Source: Nymphaea colorata (lineage: Eukaryota). From it: DNA of 64,000 bases. The stretch spans positions 4,464,001 to 4,528,000 of the forward strand of contig NC_045138.2 in the NCBI RefSeq assembly GCF_008831285.2, written 5' to 3'. Every line of letters starts with the position of its first letter. The first letter of the stretch is position 1. Positions 12,086 through 23,771 of the stretch are shown one piece after another. Both the position numbers and the translations under genes were made by a program. The notes beneath the pieces were generated by a model that saw only the letters and a program-made list of their open reading frames with translations, ran no database searches and was not told the DNA's origin.

Positions 12086-15000
12086 GATAGAGAGAAGAAT
12101 TAAGTGGATTGACATAAAACTTCTCCTGACATCTATGAAGAAAATGGAACTTCCAGTAGATAACTAACAAAGGGAAAATGAAGAATCAGTACAAACCTCT
12201 GCCCATAATGGCTCAAGCTCCGTGGCTCCTGAAAAATGAATCAGCAAGAGAGTAAAAACATGTGCAACTCTAAAGCAACAAGGCTATAACCAGGCACGAG
12301 CTAAGAAGAAAGAGACAGAAATCACACAAGAACATGAAGATGATTGATAGTGAACAACAAATATTCCTGGCGAAAATGAAAAAAGGAATGCCATTTACAG
12401 GCCGGCAGCAAATTTAAACCAAAATCAATCAAGAAATTCAAACAAATGAATGTAGTGAATTGTGTTGCAACTTAGATTCAAAGACTTTTAACAAGTTGAA
12501 GACGAATATCCAAATCACGAAAAAATGCATTTTACTGCTTCTAGAGATACTACCCCAAAGCCTCAAAATCCATGCACAAAGATAAGGTCTTGGACTTGGA
12601 AGATGATGTGGTATAACTTTCAAATTGTCTTACATATAGAAGCAAAGCTATAGCAATCAAACCAAAAAATTGAAATAAACTGTAGATAAGGTGCTTGACA
12701 TAAAGTGTAAGCTCAAGTATGATAGCAGGTTCTGAACTAAAGAAGGTTCAAAATACAGTCTCAAATATTGCTGATATTTTGAAGCTATTCTGATATTATC
12801 AGCATTTTGAATCTGACTGTCATATCAGCAAATTATCCTGATGTTTTCACGATGGGACCAAAAGCAAAATATCACGATGTTACCCAAAGGTACTGCCGAT
12901 ATTTTTCCTGAAATTTTTCAAAAGTCTATTTCTTCGTACCTTTAAGCATGCGATTTTTTTTTCATTTTTTCATTTTTATGCTTTCAAAAAGGCTTGTACT
13001 TGTTTCTTCATATTTTTGGAAGAAAAATAGTCGAAAATTATTATCTCATGTCTTTCCATTTTACATTTTATAATTTTCAAGCTTTAAAACTTCAAAGACT
13101 TTCGTATTGCAAAAACCACAACCTGAAAATAAATCCCGAGAAAAAACTTGATGAGAAATTGCCAAAAATGGAAAACGATATTGGTGTCCGTGGTTCCAAA
13201 CTATCTTTAAAACAATGAAACCTTTAAAAATAAAGTCTATATGGATACTTTTTTTCCCTTAAAATTCAGTCAAATCCAAATCCCCAGATTATGGGCAGCG
13301 CATAGTGTAACATAATTTTTTTCTAATAAAAAAATCACTTTATGTTTTTACTAAACACCAAAACACCATAGATCTTACGTGTCAGGGAATAGCGCTGTTG
13401 CTTTCAGATTCCACCCACAGCCTCCTTACCATTACTTTCAAAAAGCATAAAATTTTTTGGCTAGGGCTTGATGCATGGTTTGTTTTTTCACTAATTTACA
13501 TGCAGGAAATTGGTGCCTGCTCGGAATAGTACTGTGAATATGCAAGAAAAGACTTGGTTGTAGCTTGCCGGTGGATGGTTGTATGAATTTTCAGCATCAT
13601 GGGCATTTTGTAAAGTGAACACCATAACAGTATATACACTAGGAACATATGAAGCAATCTTAAGATGCTTTACCTTAGTAGACATGATAAGATTTTCCCC
13701 ATAACATATCTATGACTTTGCCTCCCAAGCTTCTTTATGATAGCAAATGAAAACCTGATCTATAGACAATATGCATGGTGGGACGGTAAAAGGCAGCAGT
13801 TCAAACTTCTAAGACACCTTACACGGTTTCCACTTGCAGAAACAAAAAATATGAACTTGTTAACATCCATGGACCATGATACCTTCAAGTTTTCATACAT
13901 GCAGGAGAGTTGGAAACACTATGTAGCAGTTTGGTTTCAGATGTTTTAATGCAGGGTGCAAGAAATCTGTGTAACGATAAAATTTGACCTTCACGATTTC
14001 TTTCCTCTGATGAAGCAATCAGATTACAGAATTACAAAATTTAGATGGTGTGGGAGCTTACTGCCAGCCCCAGGGAAGCTAGCATAAGATGCACTTGTAA
14101 GCGGACCCTAGGAAACAGAAGCCAAATATATTTCATAAATATGATTCACATATTCTTATGCAAAGAACTGAACCAGCTTTTCATTCTTCACAAATCACAA
14201 TGCACATATTCTAACATTGGCAACTTTCCATGTCAAAGTTGGTTTTTCAATATTTGTTGAATTGCTTAGCTAAACTAATGACTATTTAGACTAGCATGAT
14301 GATTGCACATCCTCGTCCTAGCTATACATAGTAGTTATGACAAACGCCACAAAACAGCAGTCAAGAGGTTTTACATTGCGAAGCTACTGATAGGTAAACA
14401 AAGTTTTGCTTTCTTTCGTTATGCTTTCCTTTTTCTATGTGCATAAGCACAGGTATCACAATGACAAATTCGGGCTATTGATGCACACCATTCATGGGTG
14501 CAGGAAGACAGAGTGCTAAAACAGGGTGGTTGACCATAAAATGTCCATGATGCAGCTGAACCACATTAGCCATGATATATCTCAAAAGTCAATTTTAAAG
14601 AAAATAGAAAGTACTTGTTGCAGCTTTTAGGGCTTTCCAAGCTTCTCCTATCTCAAGCAAAACTTGCGCTTTTTCTTCATGTAAAATTGCTCTATCTGGC
14701 ATAAGAGTGAGTGCAGCCTCCCACTTACTCAAAGCTTCATGATACCTGCCATTCTTCAAATAAAAGGCAAACTTTACTCAAATACCCTTTCATCCGTAAA
14801 AAGGGCATCAAAGCCAAACGCTTTGATCTCTTATGTTTCACCAGCTGCACAAACCCAAACTTTTAACTAGACAACAATGTATTTTCAACAGTCTTCCCAA
14901 ACCACAATGAATTGAAAGATCCAATATAAAAAAGAATTCCGGTCTCTAGCACCAGAGGCCGTTTGATTGAAGGGGGTTGCCGCTTCTGTTTTGCCTATGA

Positions 15001-15538
15001 TGTAAAAGACCAACCTCTAGTAGAAAGGATGACAAGCGAGCTTATTCCCTAATGAGAGAATACCCAGTTTCCCCATCGGTGCAGCCAGAGGGGAGGTAAC
15101 TAGAAACTATGCAGCACGCTTCACCACATTAGGAAGCAAAAGGGGGCAAGTAGGGGATTTGAAAGGGCGGCAATAAATTGTTTGTTGAAATGCCAAAAAG
15201 AACAGCACGAAAAAACGGCTCCCCGCCAGGTTCAACTCAGAGTTAAGAAATGCCATTGCCGGTGCCATAATGAAGGAAAGATAAAACAGCAGGAAGCATT
15301 AGGGGTCGGTCAGTTGGTTTACCTCCGCGAGCTTGTTGCCTTCTGATTCGAAGGATTCTGCGATTCTCGACTCGTCAGGTTCGGATTTCGGGATTTGGTT
15401 TTGGGCGTCCGTCTGGGAAGAGGAAGAACAGGCGTCGCCGTCGCCGCCTTCGTCTGCTCGATCGAAAGGGAGACTTGCAGGTGTTGGCTTTACAGGGGCC
15501 GCCCGCTTCTTATCGTTCTTCTTCCATACCATCTTCAT
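10765..15538 (-). CDS. TTC33: Tetratricopeptide repeat protein 33-like, 208 aa
   Basis: Five GT-AG exons: 15538-15323, 14753-14615, 12228-12197, 11188-11102, 10917-10765, total 627 nt in frame. MKMVWKKN...EGNKLAE|NGRYHEALSKWEAALTLMPDRAILHEEKAQVLLEIGEAWKALKAAT|RATELEPLWAE|AWVTLGRAQLNFGEPEASIESFDKALSIK|PDLEEAESDRQTA...; three TPR motifs. Confidence 0.92.
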
Positions 15539-16962
15539 CCTCTCTCCCTCTCTCTCTCCCCCCTCTGCACAATTGCGAATCCCCACTGGCACAAAGCTCA
15601 GATGGTTGGCGGCAATATGGAAAATGAGAAATAACTGCGTTTTAATGTCGTTATTAACGTAATTCTAGCTTTATATATATATTTATAGTGCCAGTAGTCG
15701 CATTAATTTAAATGTCTGAAAAGGATTGAAGCATGTTGTTCCAGAGTTTGAACGTGAAATATTTATGAATTCTCCTCTTAAACTTATAAAATAATTTACA
15801 AACACATGTTTCATGAATAAATTAAAAATATTGTAGTGAAAACAAGTTAACGCTTAGCCAAAAAAAAAAAAAAAAATCTGTTTAAACAACTAGTTCTATA
15901 CTGCTTCATTTTTTTCGCTAGCATTTTATGGTTTTCACCTTTTTGTGTGCTTGTGAAGATAAAAACCAGAAGGGAGACGACAAACTATGGAGATTGACCT
16001 GAAAACTGTAATTTGTGAAATTATTTTGAAAACGATCTTCTAGATTAGAGGTATAAAATATCATTTCAAATATGTTTAATAATTATCATTTGCGAAATTC
16101 AGATGATTATCTATAATTTCATAATATTAAGTCTTCTTTATAAAGACATCAAACATTAAGCAATTATTTGTAAAATTTTCTTTGTGTTTTTTTGTTTATC
16201 CTTTCATCAAAGTCGAGTAGCAGTCTTACTTACAGTCGACCCTGTTAGGTGGCAATGCAGCGGAGCTCCCGTGTGTTTTTTTCTCGTCTCATATTATATT
16301 TATACCTGCATGAAACCTACTGAATTTCAGCAGCAAGCGAGCGACAAGATGTGTTTCGAGGGGTTTAATATAGCTACTCAGCTAAAAAAAAGTTAATGAG
16401 AATGTGGCTGTCAGTTTGATTCTCGCAAAAAAAAAAAAGAATAGTAGTGCACGTCATTTTAGTTGACAATTTTGAGGAGCAATATAATTGGTCAGTGGTA
16501 GAGTTAAGATTTTTTTGTCCTACGAGTCAAACTATAATTTCAAAATTTTAATAAAGAGCAAATAAAAATTTTCAAATTTTTTATACATATTAATAAAATT
16601 TTTTACATTTACATTTAATTTTTTAAAATCTCAAGGGGACCAAGGCCCCTGCCGACCCCTCCTTTTCCCTCTGCCCATGTAGCTGGTTATATTGAAACAA
16701 TAAGCTTCGTTGGTTTGAGAGGTTAATTGAAAAGAAAACTTTCACAATTACATAAAGAATTTTATAAAATCTTAGATAGTTAAATGACAAAAATACGAAT
16801 GAGCTTACATTTATAGTCGCCAGCAAGATCAATAATGAAGTTTAAGTATGTTAAAAGATAAAAAGTCATTTTTGCATGCATGTATTTAGGTAAGTGGGAG
16901 GAAGTGAGAGGCCCAAGCATTTATATGTCCAGTTTGCCATTCGGCTAAGGCGCCGTGGTTCG

Positions 16963-17160
16963 TCTGCTGTTAGGTGACGGTGCTGCTCCTTCTTTTCTCT
17001 CTATTCACACCTTTCTTATTTTACTGTGCATTGTATTGTATATTTTCATCTTTTTGCTTTTGTTTTTGCGGTTTGCTTTTGTATGTAGGGGACTTCTTGT
17101 CCCCCAATTTTGTTATATATTTCTCATTTTATCGGCTCTCTCTCTCTCATCCTTAAAGCA
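16963..17160. repeat. Dispersed repeat, unclassified
   Basis: Colinear with the reverse complement of ~33690-33905 (TGTT(A/G)GGTGAC...TTCACACC..TCTTATTTTA...AATTTTGTTAT...CTCTCTCTC). Confidence 0.6.
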
Positions 17161-19518
17161 TTTTATATATGTAAAATATTTTGATAAATTGAAAGACTCT
17201 TATACTTGCTGGTAACGAATCCATGTTATTTAGAAGAATGAAACGTTGTCACACCTAGACTCTTTTACTCATCATTAACCACTATGATAGTTTGTTTTTT
17301 AAAAGATGCATCTCTTTTCAACAGGTGCTTTTTAAAAGATGCATCTTGGCCACACCAGCCCACTAAATTTGCTTTGTTTGTATAATTATATGATACTTTA
17401 TTATTATTATTATTATTATTATATGAGTGCTCTTTAAAGCTTGAAATTTAAAATAATAGTGTCCATGTATCATAAGTTTCTGGCTCCACCACTGTTCAAT
17501 AATACATCATTTCTTCAATAGGTGTGTCTATTTAGTGAACCTTTTTTAATGGAAAGCCAAACGTCAGAGAAAAAATGTCATGAATAATTTAGTGGGTGTG
17601 TGCTTCTATTCACAAGCCCATATAAGAAACCAAGTGCCCTCAAGTTATCCAGTCTAACTAGACTGTCCATCAATGGCGAAGGCACCTGTATGCTAGTGTG
17701 TGCAATTGCCCACACCAGCCCACAAAAATAGCTTTATTTCTGTATTTAATACCACCCCAACTTTTTATTTGTTTTCATATGAGTGCCCCTTAAAGATTAA
17801 AAAACTAGAAATTTTTGTCTCTGCTACTACTGCGCAGCAGGGGGGGTGGGCGCCCGGGCCATGGCCCAAGTGAGCCCAGGAAATTTTTTTTACATTGAAA
17901 AAATCAAAATTTTTTAGTTTGGCCCAGCCCGACCATAAAAAAAATCCTGGCTCCACCCCTGCTGCCCAGTGCATTTTCTCGTCAAATTGGAAAGTTGTTC
18001 TCGGCCCAAAAAATCCCAACAGGTGCCCCATTGTTTATGCTATATATAATTAATACACATCAGCTCATACAAGCCCATATTAGCTTTCTTCTTTTCTTTC
18101 ATGATTTTGGAAAACAATTTAAATATTTTAAATTTAATTTAAAACCAAAATATTATATGTATTTAAACTTGGGTGTCTAGCCATCTATGAACTTATGTCT
18201 TTGTGCTTCTCTCATTTGAATTTCTGCCTTCGCCACTAGCATCAAAGATATCTCATATAAAAGAAAGTGTAAACATGTTTCACTGTCTCTGTCGCAGCTC
18301 CATGAATGAGAAAGAAATCAAGGAAATTCTGCTTAAAACTGGACACATCCCCAAATAAATCTGTTTCTGAAATTGAATCGATGATCATAAACCAGTTTTT
18401 TTTTTTTAATGAATAAAAAGGCCGAAGGCCAATCCTCCAGCAGGTTTTGATTAAAAATTTTGATTCATTATCTACTATTAAATCTTACGTTATTTTTGCA
18501 TAAATAATTCTTCCGACCCGCGTTTGATCCCTTCACATTTTCCCAGATCGATCTGAGGCTTCATCAGCAATCTGAAACTTGAGTCCTCTCAGTTGAATAT
18601 TTTTTTTATCTTTTAACTGCCATCATCTTGTTTATGATTGCCAATATAGGTTTTCTTAATTTATCATCTTTTTTTTTCATTCTTTTGTCTTTTGATTCTC
18701 TAGTTGAAAGTGTACAGCTTGGTTTGTTTACATATCTAAAAGCAAAGTTGTTTCAGAATTGTTCTCGTTGATTCCTTGAATCGTTTAGAAAATCAATTCA
18801 ATTGAGAAGGGGGATTTTAACAAGATCGATCGTAATAAGAGTTTGGTGAGTTCACATCGAACTAAGATTCTCAATTTTGAGATCGAAGAGGGAAGGAGGT
18901 AGCAAACCGCATGTTTGAGAACTATGAATTTAAGATTTTTCATTTTCTCAATTCATAAGTTTCAAGTAAGAACAGAAGAATGCCTAACTAACTTGAGATT
19001 TATACAAGCATACAAATTCAGAATGCAATCCATATTAAAAACCAAATATTTGAAATCTTGGGATCTACAAATACAAGAGCTCAAATCATCACCAATCTTA
19101 GATTCCAAGGCAGCCAATGTTGGTGAAACAAAAATTTTAAGCATGAGCTGCTATAATTGAAACGATCAGAACATTGCAGAATTTCATGGGAAAATGAGAA
19201 AAAAAATGATCGCAACAATCATTGGAAAAATAAAAAATAATGCATATGAAACACAACTTATCAAAAATAAGGCATCATCCACTAAAAGAGTAAGCGAATC
19301 GTCACGATGGTAGCAACAAGAAGTGCAATATACGGTGCATAATTGCAGTACAGGAGACATCACAGAGAAAAAGAACAATCCGAATCTACAGCTTTTATTT
19401 GATATATATATTCAAGACCATAGGGATGAATACAAAAAAATGATGTTCAGTTGCTTATAGTCTTTCGTTCTATGTAGAGAAAAAAAAAATCCTGTAATCA
19501 AAACCATATCCACAAGAA

Positions 19519-20481
19519 TCACACAAATATGAAACAGTCTAGTGAAATATGGGGATCGTTGATGTCAATTGCAGAAGCAAGGGAGTCACTAGATGTGTCT
19601 CCATCAACATCATCTTCAAAGCTAATTGGGTGCACAGCTTTCTCACTCTTCTTCCTCTTCAGCAGCCTGCTGCTCCCCTCCTTGATGCCAACAACACTTT
19701 CCCTGACTTCATGTCTGCAGATCTCTTTCCTTCTTAACAACAGACTGCTGCTGCTACTACTGCTGCAGTTGCTGTTGCTAACTCCTGAACCATTACAATC
19801 TACGCTACTGCTACCACTACCACTAGAAGGCTTGCTAACTTTTCTGCCGCTGCTGCTGGTGCCGGCACGGTATCTTCTGCTTCCGGCCGGCAACGTGACG
19901 GCGGTGGCGCAACTGCTGGAAGAGGAAGAAGGGACTGAAACTCTTTCTACTTCATGGATCTTACAATTATGCCTAGTACTGATGTTTCTGCTGCAAATGG
20001 TACTAGCAAAATTGCTAGCACAGCTGGTGCTTGTGGTGTACCTCCGGCTGACGGAGGGCGAGGCCGGGAGGTGCCGGTCCGGGCAAGAAGGGAAGAACAG
20101 GACCTTTTCTGGGCCCATCAGCACCGCCGACTGGGGAGAAGAACGCCCACGCTTGGCAAGCTGAGAATTTGGCGCCAAACTGTGTGAAGCTTGATCTGTA
20201 CAACCCTTTGATCGGGATGCATAGGCCGGCTTAGGGGTGGGCACGAACTGGGTGGTCAGGTGGAAGTTGTTCTTCATGCAGGCGATCAAGAACTCATCGG
20301 AGAACACGTTTTTCCGGCCGGCAGGCGGCCGGGGAGCAGCGGAGGGGAGCTCGGAGATGACAAGCTTGTCTTCAATTGGGCCTGATTTTGGGGGCCTGCA
20401 GCAGATGTTGGGCCGCTTGGGCATGCATTTGCTGATGCAAGTGCCCATGCTGTCGAACAATGGGGACATGCAATTGCCCAT
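19519..20481 (-). CDS. Uncharacterised intronless Ser/Arg-rich plant protein, 320 aa, probably N-myristoylated/S-acylated
   Basis: Single long ORF in elevated-GC sequence. It carries motifs I recall from an uncharacterised angiosperm family: MGxCISKC, EDKLVIS, FSDEFL..C.K.N and C-terminal DINDPHISLDCFIFV. A second in-frame ATG lies at 20448. Confidence 0.85.
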   Translation of the reverse strand: MGNCMSPLFDSMGTCISKCMPKRPNICCRPPKSGPIEDKLVISELPSAAPRPPAGRKNVFSDEFLIACMKNNFHLTTQFVPTPKPAYASRSKGCTDQASHSLAPNSQLAKRGRSSPQSAVLMGPEKVLFFPSCPDRHLPASPSVSRRYTTSTSCASNFASTICSRNISTRHNCKIHEVERVSVPSSSSSSCATAVTLPAGSRRYRAGTSSSGRKVSKPSSGSGSSSVDCNGSGVSNSNCSSSSSSSLLLRRKEICRHEVRESVVGIKEGSSRLLKRKKSEKAVHPISFEDDVDGDTSSDSLASAIDINDPHISLDCFIFV

Positions 20482-21067
20482 GAAACGATTGAAATTTGAA
20501 GAGAGATTCAGTTGGAAGATGTTATATAGAAGAAGGAATTCAGAGATACGGAAGAAAGTGATTCATTCCTTTTTCTTCTTTTCTGTTGAAAATTTTGAAT
20601 CTAAACAAGCGGGCGGTCCGTTGGGCAACGGCTAATTGATCAAAGCAAGGGAAAAGTTAGGCTTTTGGATTGCCAAAAACAGAATGCTGCTATGATCGGA
20701 TCAGGAAGTTGAAGAGTAAGATCTGGATCGGTTGGTTCGATGCAGAATATGGATCCTCGATACGTCGTTCTTGGATTAAGATTAAAAGTCGAGATTTGGA
20801 TGGAAGACTGTAGAGATATGGATCTGGGAACTAAGCTGCTCCTTCTCTATGAGTTCTACCTCAATCCGGGTGGCCTTCCATTAAATACAGAGTATGTTCG
20901 CTTTCTTGTCTTGAGAATGCCACTAACAGGATGTTCTATTTGCCTAGTGTTTTTGGTTTACTGTTCTGGACCACAAACTTTGGGATAGTGACACTCAAGC
21001 TGAATGGTGTATTGTACTCACTTAATACCACTTAGAACCTCAAAGGCAAAAGGAATGGGAGGGCGGA

Positions 21068-21579
21068 TAGAGGTAAACACGAGCCAAGTCGAGCCCGAAC
21101 TCAGTGAGCTTAAGATCAGCTTGACTCGACTCGAGTTTGAGAATAGCTCGATAGGAGCAGCTCGAGCTCGAGCTCGACAGTTACATGTTGAGCTCGAGCT
21201 CGACTCGGTTAAGGCTCGACAAACTCGTTTGAATAGAATTGATATTTATGGTTATGTGTTGAGCTCGAACTTGACTCGATCAAGGCTCGACAAACTCGTT
21301 TGAATAGAATTGATATTCATTGTTACGTGTTGAGCTCAAGCTTGACTTGATTAAGGCTCGACAAACTCGTAAACTCATTTGAATATATCGACTTGATTAG
21401 GACTCAACAAACTTGATTAAGGCTCGAGCACGACTCGGCTGTTGAGCTCGAACTCAATTCGATTAATTAACTCATAAACTCGAGCTCAACTCGTTAAGCA
21501 AATGACATGACTCGAATTTGTTCACGAGCCAAGTTTTAACAAGTCAAGCTCGAGTAACTTGACTCGTTGTTCACCCCTA
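21068..21579. mobile_element. hAT-like non-autonomous element (inverted copy of 4885-5339)
   Basis: Ends TAGAGGTAAACAC...CGTTGTTCACCCCTA; same CTCGAGCTCGA-rich interior and an internal ~72-bp duplication (GGCTCGACAAACTCGTTTGAATAGAATTGATATT twice). Confidence 0.72.
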
Positions 21580-21679
21580 CCTTGGGCCTCACTCTAGGTG
21601 GTGGGCTTGGGCCTTCTCTGGCCTTGTGAAATTGGCATGGCTCAAGGTTCCAAACGTGGCCCATGTAAGTGCACTACCC

Positions 21680-21944
21680 AGTAGCGGAGCCAGCGTGGGT
21701 GCCTGCCCAGAATAGCTCCATGTTTTTGCCTGCTTTATTTCAAGTTTGTTCGTGCATGTACTGGCTTCGGCTTCTATTTTCCTTTTCATAAAATTAAAAT
21801 TATGGACATTCCACATGCATGAGAAAGAAACTCAACTGCTTATAGCAGTAGCGGAGCCCGCGTAGGGCTCTCATGGGAGCTCCCACGCCAGCCTAAGACA
21901 GCCACATAGTGCCCCATAGCCAAAAATTTCTGACTCCGCCACTA
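21680..21944. mobile_element. MITE(s) of the CAGT(G/A)GCGGAGCC family
   Basis: CAGTAGCGGAGCC at ~21679 and ~21846; inverted end GACTCCGCCACTA ending ~21944. Confidence 0.5.
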
Positions 21945-22547
21945 GCACTACCTGGCTCAACTATGTCTGTCTCGGTCTGCTCTTGGCTTGGTTCAAGGTC
22001 CTAACCCGGGTTGGGAGCAACGTCCTCAAATTTGGGTAACTCAAAATTTTGAAAGTTTGAAATTTGAAGTCTAAAGATGCGATTATTCATGTGGTTCCCA
22101 CGCAAATATGCATTGATTTTGCAAATGATTATGTCCTCCATGACTTTTGTATTTGTATTCCACCGATTGGCCGTCTTCTTTTTTTCTTTCTTCTCTTTCT
22201 AATATGGTTTGCGCCAACATGGGTCCATTGAGGCCCCATAAAGTCTTATCTCCAAATCGACATTCAAACCCTTTAATGCTCGTGTTTGAATTTCTTTCAT
22301 TTAATTTGTCTGCATCATAAACAATGAACACCTATTGAACGAATAAAGTCAAACTTAGCACAATTTTGCTATATATATATATATATATATATAAAATTTT
22401 TGAAATATATAAATTGAGTCAATATGAGGGCTAGGGATTGGGTGGGCCTAACCATAGTCAGCCAACTCCATTTGATATGAAGTCGGGTTTGAACAGGGTT
22501 ATAGATCAGGCCCAGCCTCCCAACTTGACTGTCAGCAACTTGGCTTT

Positions 22548-22549
<2 letters not shown>

Positions 22550-22610
<61 letters not shown>
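22550..22610. repeat. (TA)n microsatellite
   Basis: Pure TA run; a shorter run lies at ~22369-22393. Confidence 0.95.
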
Positions 22611-22616
<6 letters not shown>

Positions 22617-23771
22617 CATACGCGTTAGACACATACGTGCATGCTATGATTGAACTGAACCTGTAACGGATCTTATTTGGATCCATTCTCAGTTCGAGAT
22701 CTAAAAGAGATGCTTTTGGAAATGAGTTTGGACTTAACCTGATCTGATCCATAAGCGTCCCCTTTTCACCCCTTCATCTGGAGCAGCCTGATCTTTTAAT
22801 ATTCTACTATCATGCTCTTAAGGTATTTTTGTCGCTTGGATAGCAGGTCCGACAAACTGAGAGGCTCTTTCAAACACGTCCAGAAAAATTCTGGATACGC
22901 TCTTCTGGTTTAACGCATAAGGAAAAAGCTTCTCCTGAATTTTCAGTCCGACCGGCGTGGGCCGTTCCAACTGAAAATATTGAAATATTCTTGCATCCGC
23001 ATTTTTCAAATAAAAATTAAAATAAAATAGCTAATTAGAACTTAAAATTTTAATATTTTCAAAATAAATCAATTTAAAATAAAAATTCTTACAAATTTTA
23101 AAAAATGGCTAAAAGTTTATAGCAAATTGACACCGATTTGATTAGGATTCGATTCAACAACTCGGTCAAATTTATTGACAGCAAGAGCTAAACAACGGTG
23201 TCGTAAAGAACTCGATCAAATTTCTGGCCTACACTCTTGTCATAAAGATTTTGAACAACTCGAGCTTGACTCGAACTCACTCTCTTAAGCTCCATTCTAA
23301 GCAAGTTGAGCTTGAACTTAAATTAAAATTCAAATTTATGACCTAGTAAAGTTCTTGTTACACAAATTTGACTCGATTAAACTCGACCATATTGGAGTAA
23401 CTCATTTAGTCTACCATGTTCTATGCAATTTTAAATTTTAATGTATACAAATTTATATTTCCCTCCTTCATACATTTTTTCGGAACTTCAAAACCACATT
23501 AAACTTGATAGAAACCGATCTGCAGATGTTAGTCAAAGTGAACATATATCTCTCTAAGATATATTAATTAGTTGAAAACAAGTTAGTTACATGCATGTTA
23601 TTTGTTTGAACTTTGCTTTAAACGAGTCAAGTTCGAGCCTTGACATAGTTAATGGAGTTGAGCTCAAGCTGACCTTGTAAAACATCACTCGAGCTTCAGC
23701 AAAACAATATACAAGTCGAGGCAAGCTTGAGCTCGACTTGACTCATGTACAGCTCTAAAACATAATGTATG

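Noticed and set aside
15333..15662. Plus-strand ORFs of 109 and 79 aa
   Set aside because: Antisense shadows of TTC33 exon 1.
19529..20635. Plus-strand 211-aa Leu-rich and 132-aa ORFs
   Set aside because: Antisense shadows: AGC/AGT Ser runs on the coding strand read as Leu runs on the opposite strand.
21004..21303. 99-aa ORF with ARARAR/ELELD
   Set aside because: Translation of CGAGCT repeats in the MITE.
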